DNA of 64,000 nucleotides from Octopus sinensis (Eukaryota), in the NCBI RefSeq assembly GCF_006345805.1, contig NC_043002.1:37758001-37822000 (forward strand), read 5' to 3'. Each line of letters opens with the position of its first letter. Within the stretch, counting starts at the first letter, position 1. The notes beneath the pieces were generated by a model. That model made no database searches. It was given only the letters and a program-made list of their open reading frames with translations, and was not told the DNA's origin. Shown piece after piece: positions 53,304 through 64,000 of the stretch. A program made the translations under genes and the position numbers.

Positions 53304-53717
53304 ACTTTCTCATTTCCCGAGCGTTAAACTAATAATCTTTTGTTGTTTACACACACGTCTTCGTTTTTTGTTTTGTTGTCTTTTTTTAAATTCCATATAT
53401 ATATACACATATAAGGAAAATAAAACAAGGTAGAACATGCTAAAATAATTTTATGAAGAACATTTTAGTACCGGTTTCAGACTTTGCGACTTTTTCAAGC
53501 ATGAAAAACAATTAAATTGTAGAAATATTAAATGAAATGTTCTTAAAGTTGTTTCCATAGTCTTCAAATGCAAGGAACATTTTCCTTTTTTCCGTTTGTC
53601 TCTTTTTTTTACTCTTGTGGGTTCTAGGTAGATGGCAGCAGTTAGTAGTAGTATAATATGAATTCTTGTCTTTGATTCTTTAAGTAGTAGTAGTAGTTGA
53701 GAAAGGAGGCGGTGGCG

Positions 53718-53840
53718 AAGAAGAAGAAGGAGAAGGAGAGGGAGAAGGAGAAGAAGGAGGAGAAGAAGAAGGAGGAGGAGAAGAAGAAGAAGAAGAAGAA
53801 GAGAAGAAGAAGAAGAAGAAGAAGAAGAAGAAGAAGAAAA
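53718..53840. repeat. (AAG)n/(GGAGAA)n tract
   Basis: Directly visible. Confidence 0.95.
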
Positions 53841-54059
53841 ATGCAGGAGTGGTATGCCAGAAGCAGGTTGTTGGTGGAATCCTCTTCAATGATCATGTGA
53901 CCTAAGTTGTCCAGTTGTGGCTGTAATAGTAGTGATTGGAATTGTTCTGAATGAATTCATGTGAAGTGACTGTTCTGAATATATCGTTTTTAATACTTGC
54001 GTGGGTATTATTCTAAGGCCCTTGTAATAGTGTCATTTGTGGTGGATGCATTAAAAAAT

Positions 54060-54910
54060 GAAGATGGAAAGAGAACGTCTAAAATTGAGGGCTCAGAGGA
54101 ATGAAGATAAAGTAAAATCCATCGATGAAGAGATCAACCAAGAAATTGGCAAAATGACTCAAGGCCCCCGACCTAGAGAAGATCACCAAACTATGGATAG
54201 AGGATTGTGATAAAGAAGAACTGAAATCCCTCCAGCGCTTGGAAAAACGCCCTACTTGGTTCTCAAATTACGAAACTGTCTTTCAAATAGAGTACGCTTC
54301 CAACAAACCTTTCCTGAAAATAAGAAAATCTAAACAACACTCAAAGACAGATTTACACCTATCTAAAAAATGGAACCATCACCCCTACCAAAAAAAGAAT
54401 ACAAGACCTAACTGTAACTTTGTAATCCACCAGCGAAACAAGGAAATGAAAATCCACTACCCGCAGGATAGACATTGCAAACACCCACCACTTAAGGAGT
54501 TACCACCCGAATTTTCGTGCCAACAATCTACTAAACAACCACGCACAACAAACCCGTACCACATGTAATAATCACCAATCACGGCCCCCTAAAACGCCAC
54601 CTCCGAACATGGAATCTAGGTAAAAACCTTTCGCTACCCTTCCAAGAACCCGCACCATAAACCATAACAGGACACCCCGCAACAACAAGGAACAACTACA
54701 TAACAGAAACCGTTCCAATCACGTCAATCATTTTTTTAGAAGTCGTCGAAAAATTCTGTAGAAAATTACGACTCGCTGAGGAGCTACGCGACAAATACAA
54801 CGAAGACGAATCGTTAGTCCGAAATAAAAGTAACTACACCCTTTCAAAACGTAAGAACAAAACTCTTGAACATTTGTGTCGAATAGTGTGTAAAACAAAT
54901 CCTGGGATTA
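54060..54910 (+). pseudogene. Penelope-like ORF N-terminal relic
   Basis: KVKSIDEEINQEI...KLWIEDCDKEE and FCRKLRLAEEL...EDESLVRNKSNYT resemble the pre-RT region of Penelope ORFs (recalled similarity); stops present. Confidence 0.55.
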
Positions 54911-55044
54911 ATTGCAAAACGAGAAGCGTAGTTTATCACTTAAATATATGGAAGGCTATAGGGTGGCTGCCAGTAGTGGCGCAAAGAATGGAAGTCCAAT
55001 GGAAAGAATAGTGTGATAAGAAACCTACGTCGGTACTGTCAGAA

Positions 55045-55278
55045 GGCGGCGAGCTGGCAGAAACGTTAGCACGCCGGGCGAAATGCTTTGCGGTATTTCG
55101 TCTGCCGCTACGTTCTGAGTTCAAATTCCGCCGAGGTCGACTTTGCCTTTCATCCTTTCGAGGTCGATTAAATAAGTACCAGTTACGCACTGGGATCGAT
55201 ATAATCGACTTAATCCGTTTGTCTGTCCTTGTTTGTCCCCTCTGTGTTTAGCCCCTTACGGGTAGTAAAGAAATAGGT
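55045..55278 (+). mobile_element. Full-length SINE family A
   Basis: ggcggcgagctggcagaaacgttagc (A box) ... gagttcaaattcc (B box) ... gtaaagaaatag. Confidence 0.9.
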
Positions 55279-55808
55279 ACTCTGCCAGCACCCTAAAGAT
55301 GAGCGTGACGGCACGCTTAATAACATCCTCATAAAGATTTTTTCGATACATCCATATGACACGTCTTTACGACAGATACGGGATATTACACCAAGAAATG
55401 AATGAAAATCGTTACTTAAAAACAAAATGTTAAAATGTAGAGACTATACCACCACTATTATCACATTGTATGTGTGCAGAGTTATATGCTGGCTAAAGTG
55501 GAGTTCATCAGTATCCAACTTTCTAATATCTTTAAGTTATCGAAACAAAAGACAAAGTGATAGTAAACTGTAATTTTATCGTACCAACTTCAAAACTAGT
55601 AACACTGCTGGAAAATATACGCACGCACAAGCACTGATGACACTATAGACAATCCAGTCGAACAAAACATAGTCCCTAACCTTAAAAGAAATAAAGACAT
55701 AAAGAAATAACCCAATACATACACGTTATTCTTTATAGCTTTATCTACTTAGAGTTGCATCGTAAAAAGCGAATTAATTCACGTTTCCATGAAGTTTCTA
55801 AATCCTTA

Positions 55809-56179
55809 TCTCTCTCTATATAAACGGCAGTTTGTCTGTGCGTGTTTCTGTGTGTCTGTTTGCTTGTACCCTCACCCTGACCACGGCTTTCAACCGATTC
55901 TGATGAAACTTGACACACACATAGCCCAATGTCATAATTCAAAACTAATGCAGCGAAAATTTTGAAAAGTTCCCCCAGTTCTGAAAAAAATCGATAAATT
56001 CGACATGGGGTCGAGAATCAGAAACACAAACCACAGACTGTCTAGGGGACGCAACTCGACCTTTTTAACTAAAAAAAAATTTACCATAATTTTTTTTCCA
56101 TTTTTTGGCTATAACTCTCTAAAAATGCTTTATAGTTATTTCCCTTACAAACCCGAGCAACGCCGGGCGATACTGCTAG
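55809..56179 (+). mobile_element. Non-autonomous Helitron-like element
   Basis: A|TC start, hairpin cccgagcaacgccggg, CTAG|T at 56176-56180. Confidence 0.85.
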
Positions 56180-56228
56180 TACATAATATTATGCATAATA
56201 ATATGCTCATATGTGTATATATTTGTAC

Positions 56229-56273
<45 letters not shown>

Positions 56274-57347
56274 TGTAAATGTGTTTATGTATATGTAAAT
56301 GTGTGTGTATGAGTGTATGTGTGTGTATGTCTGTGTCTGTGTATATGTATGTATATATGTATTTATATGTATCAGTTTTTTTTCCAAATGTGAATAGTAT
56401 GAACATCGTCTTTTGAACTTTGCTAAAAATCTACTTTTGACCATTAACTTGTTGTTTTCATACTTTGTTTTGAATCGCTTTGAATCTCATCTTGAAACAC
56501 TGATAAAACGGCTTCGAAAGTCTGATAACATCAATAATGCACAACCCTGAATACTTTTTCTAAGAGTAGAATAGTGGCTAAGTGAAATGATATTTAATGA
56601 TGCCCGTAACATAACCTTCATTTTTAGATGAAGAATTGGATATTATATAGAATTGTTAATGACGACAGAAAATTATTTCGTGGAAAGAAATCAAAATAAA
56701 TAAATAAACAGAAATATCATTTATCTAAAGTTTTCCATTCCTAGTGATTATAGTTCTAAAAGAAAAGAGAAAAGAAAACGGCGCGCCATGAGGATATTTC
56801 TTTGCCAGGTACACTAATTTCGAGATGCTAATTTCTAAGATCCCAACCTGACAGCAGTGTTGATAGAAAGAAGAAAATATTTAAAAAGTAAAAAAAGAAA
56901 GAAAATACAAATGAACAAATAAAAATAAATACTATCCAGTAAAGTTGTTTTTTTTTTATTATTATTAAATACACATCTTCAGTACGGAAAGCGAAAAGAC
57001 AAGAAGTAAATAATAATTACTCTACACTTTGTAACCGATAATTCTTTCAACCTCTCGACGATTGTAATAATTTACTTGAAAATAACAACGTGAGATCAAC
57101 AGCAAAAACTAAGAAACAGGAGAGATAAATACAAAAAAACTAAACTAAGTTATCAGAGATTTTAATTAGGAAGAGAAGAATTTTACAGTTATCTAAGATG
57201 AGCTATCTTTTGTAAGATTTCAGTAACTTTTCTTTTTTAAAACAATTTTCATTTCGCTTTTGACAGGAATACATACATACATATATACATACATACATAT
57301 ACACACACACCACACACACACACACACACACCACACACACACACACA

Positions 57348-57397
<50 letters not shown>

Positions 57398-57732
57398 CAT
57401 ATAAATATATATATATGCATATACATATACATATAATATATATATATATATACATATACATATAATATATATACATATACATATAAATATATATATATGT
57501 ATATATGTGTGTGTGTAAAAAGATATATATATGTAAATATATATGTGTGTATGTATATATGTATATACACTTATGTAGATACATATATGCATATACATAC
57601 ATACTCAGATATAGATATAACTTCTACGCAGGCGAATGTGTATAAATACATCAACATATATATGTATACTCGTATATATGTGCACTTAATGTGTATATAC
57701 GCGTATATATATATATGAATACACACACACAC

Positions 57733-57814
<82 letters not shown>

Positions 57815-58103
57815 CATATACATATAGATGCACGTATATTAGCAAAGTAGCTCGTTAAAAAATATCTATGATATATATATATATAAATTGACGAACACAT
57901 ACGTATATTCACAGCTATACGATTGTATGCATATGTAGACTTATGAGTGTGAGAGTGCGTATGAGAGTGTATGTACATTCCTTCCATTAGTATTGAAAAC
58001 CACCTGTTATTCAGGTGTCCAGTTGTTGCCTTCTAATCACGTAGTTTCGAAGCAAAACTTTGGAAATGTTAAGAATAAAACTTATAAACGAATTTTACTT
58101 CAG

Positions 58104-58204
58104 CGAGCTTCCCAGAGACAACGAGGCAGCCTCTCCTCATGGTATCTCCTCGCAAGGAATAACACCAAAATCTCCCCCAATTCAAGTTCTATCGTCGTTA
58201 AAAG
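58104..58204 (+). CDS. Candidate 101-nt exon (ELPRDNEAASPHGISSQGITPKSPPIQVLSSLK)
   Basis: Acceptor ttttacttcAG, donor AAG|GTATTG, GC-richer than surroundings. No homology evidence. Confidence 0.3.
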
Positions 58205-58861
58205 GTATTGAAAGCATTAAAAAAAATACTCATTTTTAGATACATTCACTTTTAGTCACATGGAGATGGCATTTAGTGGTAAATTCTTCTAGTTTAGTGC
58301 ACAACACCTGTAGCTAATGGTAATCGTTATCTTTGTATTTCATGAAATTTTCCCTCTTTTGTATGACTATTGAACTTGTATGATAGTAGATAGTTTCTTG
58401 TAGTATAGGTACTTAATGATAAATATTTTTTTTATATTGCTGCTTTGGATATCAATGTTTAAATATGATTTCGTCGAAGTTGGTATTTTATTCATCTGGT
58501 GTATCTAGAAAAAAGACGCACCCCACCCCCAATATATTTAGGTCAATGCATTCGAAGATTTTTCATCCATTCTACAGTATTGACGATATGGTAGAATCGT
58601 TTGAACATCGGGTAAAACACCTTGCAGTATGTATTACAGCTTCTGAAGTTCTGAGTTCAAATTCTACCGTGGTCAATTTTGTCTTTCTATTCTTTAGGTA
58701 AAATAAAACACCACCGAAGAACGGTGATTGATTTAATTAAATATCTTCTCCCGTACAAATTTATGGCATTGTACCTACGTTCTAAAGTAATATTAGTATT
58801 ATTTTCGTTTGTTCCAAAATAAATATCTATAACCTTGACACTCTCCAAAACGATAACTCAC

Positions 58862-58901
58862 CTGATGCTTGCTCCTCTCCACTATCTTTCCCTCTCACTT
58901 C
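58862..58901 (-). CDS. Candidate 40-nt exon (EVRGKDSGEEQAS)
   Basis: Consensus donor CAG|GTGAGT, phase 1 in its open frame; weak acceptor. Confidence 0.2.
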
Positions 58902-59353
58902 CTTATAAATTTAGTGACAGGCATGTGTGGATCTTTAACCAAGTAAATTGTAGTAGTGGACAAAATGTATATTTTAGTCATCTATGTGACATACTTAACG
59001 TATATGCACCATCGGTAGGCCATTTGCTACGGCATACATCTCTTACGGATGTACTATGTTTAAAACAATAATCATTCGAGAGACACAAACGACTGCCTCG
59101 ACAGCATCTGCGGACGAATACAGCAGTAAATAGCATACTGAGGGTGTATATTCATCAAGTATACAACATATATGCAATTTTAATTTGCATATATATTAAT
59201 AGTGCCTTTTTAATTTAATAGCGTATAGCGGATTTTTTATAATTTAGTATTGCTCAGCATATTACAAGATGTATATATACAAATAAAAAAAACGACTAGT
59301 TTTGAATATTTCTTTCTCAACGGCCAGATCTGACTCTTTATATGTCATTCGAT

Positions 59354-59585
59354 AGGCGGCGAGCTGGCAGAAACGTCAGCACGCCGGGCGAAATGCTTAG
59401 CGGTATTTCGTCTGTCGTTACGTTCTGAGTTCAAATTCCGCCGAGGTCGATTTTGCTTTTCATCCTTTCGGGGTCGATTAATTAAGTACCAGTTACGCAC
59501 TGGGATCGATGTAATCGACTTAATACCTATGTCTGTCCTTGTTTGTCCCCTCTATGTTTAGCCCCTTGTGGGCAGTGAAGAAATA
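59354..59585 (+). mobile_element. SINE family A with 15-bp TSD
   Basis: TATATGTCATTCGAT at 59339-59353 and 59586-59600. Confidence 0.92.
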
Positions 59586-61197
59586 TATATGTCATTCGAT
59601 TACAACTTTTTTACATTTGAAGGCAAACCTTTCAGCTGAAACATTTACCAGTACACCTTGTTCTATTCTCGACGCAACAAAATTATAAAATAATTTTTCG
59701 AAATCATCCCCTTTTCTTTTCTGTTTTGTAAAACAGATGAATATTATATTTCAAGCAGTTTTATTTCCATCCATTGTCCAGTTTAATAATTTCCTTGCAC
59801 CTTTGTTCGGTGAAATGTTCATAAACCTCAGATAGCACAGTATCTGACGACGAACAGAAATTAGATTTTGGAAACCACACATCACGCTATTACAGTTGTT
59901 GTTCGTGTTCTTAGTTTGTGAACATTTTCAAGTAAAATTGGCATTTCTTACAATATTACAACTGGCAACAAAATTTACAACAGTAAAGTTTATTTTCTCA
60001 CCATTTACAACGGCCTTAGATCTAATATCAATTTAGAGAAGAAAAAAAAAAGGAAAAAAACATCAAATTTAAAGAGTAAAAATATCACCATGTAATGTCA
60101 GGCAAAAAGCCATTGTCACCCCTCATTATATATTGCTGTGCTGTATGGTGTATGAATATGAAACTGAGGCTAAACCTGATATTTTAATTTGAAAATGATG
60201 GTTTCTTTTAAATACATTTTTAACTCCACAAAAATTTCGAAATTTGGATCGTTCATTGTAAATGTATTGTAACAAGAAAGAGAAAAGTGTGTGCATGTTT
60301 ATGTATGTTTGTAAAAGAAACAGTGCGTTTATTTGAATGTGAACGTTGAACTATATGCGTTTGTATATGTATTATTGTGTGTGTATTTGTTTGTGCGTGC
60401 GTGTATGAGCATGTTAAATAATGAGCTATAAAATAAAAGAAATAACATCCGTAATGTCGTGTTTGTAATTTGAAAAGGCATATGGACAAAATAATTTCCA
60501 TCGTGTCATCTAGGTTATTATATTATAATTTTAAACGTGAGGAGAAATTATGTAGAAATATGGTATTGATCTGTTTCAATGCAATCGACTTGTGAGTTTA
60601 AATTGACTAACACTTCCTGAATTTGTCAAGAGAATTGCTTTCATTTCTTCAAAAATTAAATTCTCACATCCATAGCTAAATGTTCTTAAATATTAATGAC
60701 GATTTTTAGCTTTCATTATAAATCTTAGATAGCTTCAATTCTATAGAGTTTACCAACTATGAGAATTGAAAATCTGACATGATGGCGTGTGTGTGTTATG
60801 AAATGCATCAAAATTTCGCTTTAAAATTGTTCCATATAGTGTATATAAAAATATGATAAATTAGAAATGATTTTTCACGGATGCTTAGAGGTTTCGGGTT
60901 CGAAATCCAAGATTAACAAACGGCAAATCTAAAGTGTTTTGAGATAGTTTTCAGTCTAATTCTTCAATTTCAGTCAAAGAAAATTAATATCCAATGTTGT
61001 GAAATATTTGTTTTGTAGTAAATATTGTTTTATTTAACAGCAAAATGTCAGATCAAGCTGGTTAAAGGTTTGCTAACCTACAGTTTAGCCCGTTTGAGCC
61101 TTAAATGATGTGACATTCGTAAAAATTGTATACCTTGAAAAGCAAAAATGGAATAAACCTCAAAGAAATAATGATGCAATATTTGAGTTATATATAT

Positions 61198-61410
61198 ATC
61201 AGCTGGCAAAAACGTTAGCACGCCGGGCGAAATGCTTAGCGATATTTCGCCTGCCGTTACGTTCTGAGTTCAAATTTCGCCGAAGTCAACTTTGCCTTTC
61301 ATCCTTTCGGGGTCGATAAATTAAGTATCAGTTGCGTACTGGGGTGGGGGGTATAATCGACTGGCCCCTCCCTCAAAACTTCGGGCTTTGTGCTTAGAGT
61401 AGACAAGAAT
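61198..61410 (+). mobile_element. SINE family A variant with a different tail
   Basis: Same head and body; tail ...cctcaaaacttcgggctttgtgcttagagtaga resembles 10900-10935. Confidence 0.8.
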
Positions 61411-62479
61411 ATTCGAGTTATATATGAGCTGCAGTTTTTGGTATTTACTCCAATATCTGCCTTCACCCCGTAATGACTTCCGAATGTATGAAAGAAAATA
61501 CTATATCATATAATGCACACCCCACCTAAAATTATTTAGTGACTCATTCAAATGCTTCATTTATTTTCTCAATAAATCGAAACAAAGGGTTCCAGGAAAT
61601 GAGATTGTCGTTTGTGATACACGAAAAGATTTTGAAAGTTTGAAGGGAGTTATCCCAATTTGTGCAAACTCCTGACTGGAATTGTGGCAAAAACAATTTT
61701 GTTATGATTTTGTAATCTAAAAATAAAAGAAGTAGCTATTACACACAACACATTTCTCAAACAGTTCGTTTTGTGTTCGTTTTTTTTAATCATCTTTTTA
61801 CACGTCAAAATTTATCTCGTTTATTCTTGTTTCGTATAGTCTCAGGGCAACCAATCAAGAACCTTCTACAGGATTATTTGACATATTCATCAAATGACAT
61901 CCTAACATTAAAAGCATGAAGAATACATTGTCCTATATAGTCATAGATGTATTATACCTGAAAATATGGTGGGATAAATACGGTGAGGCGCATTTCAACA
62001 CAAGTATGATTGACCTGAATTAATCTGGTCGATCACACCTACAACAGCCGTCTTAAGATATAAAATTGCAATCCAACACAACAATCGTCTTAAGATACAT
62101 AGTTGCAATCCAATTCATTAACTCTTTTTGAAACATCATTCAACCAAAAAAAAATGCCTTTCTGCAAGTCAGAAATCTATACTCACTGTGAAAGCTTTTG
62201 TGAAAGTATTTATCAGAAGTTACTTTATGACGCTGTGAACATTTAATTTCATGTTTCCTTTCTATATGATAATGTGTTGAATAGTTAAAATTTCTCAACT
62301 TAATTTTGAAAATATTTTATTTTACACATAGCGAATATAAAACGATATATTCCAGTGCGATCGTTTAGGTCAGGTTATGAGTTGAAGGATATTTGGTTGA
62401 TATTTCTAACAGACCGTGTAATCGGATACATACCTCGTTTTCGGATTCATAACTTTTGATGTAGATTACTTAAGAGATT

Positions 62480-62990
62480 GGAGGCGCAATGGCCCAGTGG
62501 TTAGGGCAGAGGACTCGCGGTCGTAGGATCGCGGTTTCTATTCCCAGACCGGTCATTGTGAATGTTTATTGAGCAAAAATACACAAAGCTTCACGAGGCT
62601 CCGACAGGAGGTGGTGTTGAACCCTGCTGTACTCTTTCACCACAACTTTCTCTAACTCTTTCTTTCTTTTTCTGTTGTACTTGTATTTCAAAGGGGCCAG
62701 CTTTGTCGCACTCTGTGTCACGCTGAATCTCCCCGAGAACTACGTTAAGTGTACACGTGTCTGTGAAATTCTCGGCCACTTGCACGTTAATAAATGAGCT
62801 GTGACGTCACTGGTGCCAAGCTGTATTGGCCTTTGCCTTTCCCTTGCATAACATCGGTGGCGTGCAGAGGGGAGGCTGGTATGCATGAGCGACTGCTGGT
62901 CTTCCATAAACAACTTTGCCCGGACTTGTGCCACGAAGGGTAACTTTCTAGGTGCAATCCCATGGTCATTCATGACCGAAGGGGGTCACA
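62480..62990 (+). mobile_element. Long (~510 bp) tRNA-derived SINE
   Basis: Head ggaggcgcaatggcccagtggttaggg...; 3' module shared with 14915-15080 (minus). Confidence 0.85.
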
Positions 62991-64000
62991 ACAACTTAAA
63001 AGATTATATATGAGCTGAATCGATACACATTATGTTACGACGATTGATATGTACACTTCTTTGGGGAGATTGCGTTTTTTCCGTATTAAAGACTAACAAT
63101 ATAGCGAACTGTTGGTCACGACTGAATGACAGGGTAAATGCATTAAAGTATTTAGTCTCATTATTCTTAACAAAAACTTATTGAGAACTCAACCTGCAAT
63201 TTAATCATCTTGGACCTATAGAGTTACCAACTAGCATGCACTAGTAACTATTCAATCACGTATCCCTAACAAATTTATTTAATTCTGCAAATAGATTTGC
63301 TATTAATATAGGGTTTTAAACGATTCCTTTTATCACAGTAAGAGATAAATATTTAGATATCCCATGGATGTTTTTGCTTAGTTAGTGTAAGGTAGTTCTG
63401 ATGGAGCATACAAACATATGGATGATCACAGCATTTCAAACTTGATCATCCACATTATATATATATATATATATATCTATGACAATAACCAATGCTCGTT
63501 TGCAAGATGATATAGTGTGATTTGGGGATATTTAGTAGCTATCTCTACAGTCAAACAATATCAGAGAGTCTCCATCGACCATAGTAAGTTTTGCCAGTTT
63601 TTATAGTTATTTTTACAACATATTTGTACATATCTATAATAATGCTCTAAATTATTGTTACTAACTACAAATCCTGTAAAATACTTACTCAGCATTTTAG
63701 ATAATAAACTACCATGCTTCCAAGTCTAGTTCTTTTCACCTAGTGTGTGGTTTACCGTTTGTATAAATAATATGCTGCAACGCTGTTATTTTCTATGACT
63801 ATGTCCTGTTTATTTTCTTAGTAACAATTTGTATATACGACAGCTAGCAGGCATTAATCTCACTGATAACAGAAATTATTACATGACCATAATTGGATGC
63901 AGTTACTACATTCGAAACATTGGACGTTCGCTAGCTCATAGAAATTCTTTTATGAATCTTCCTATCGTTTTTATCTTCCCAGTTGTAATTTGACTTTTAT

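Noticed and set aside
58517-61555. About 45-bp similarity gcaccccacc...atttag...cattc at 58517 and 61514
   Set aside because: Too short and diverged to support.
62041-62115. 37-bp tandem duplication (similar ones at 26705 and 43381)
   Set aside because: Ordinary two-copy slippage events.

Overview
AT-rich eukaryotic DNA, dense in microsatellites. The tRNA-derived SINE families and the (TA)n/(CATA)n/(TATC)n load look like an octopus/cephalopod genome; this is recalled pattern recognition, not a database match. Nearly all ORF-track entries are microsatellite translations with no coding meaning. Most recognisable content is transposon-derived: a 5'-truncated RTE LINE with a very long flanking duplication, a Tx1/L1-like relic, a Tc1 relic, a CR1/L2-like ORF1 (CCCH) plus endonuclease fragment, an R4/Dong-like REL-endonuclease relic, three mariner elements (one full-length, inside a SINE dimer), several non-autonomous Helitron-like elements, a hAT relic, many SINEs, and Penelope-like terminal repeats carrying hammerhead-ribozyme-like cores. 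No host gene can be named. The best non-TE signal is an old local duplication (about 28.3-30.0 kb versus 42.8-48.4 kb). It holds a 322-bp block that is 318/322 identical around a 93-nt phase-1/1 minus-strand exon candidate. In the right-hand copy this exon splices in frame to a terminal exon encoding a hydrophobic C-terminal tail, followed by AATAAA. No rRNA, true tRNA or CRISPR was seen.
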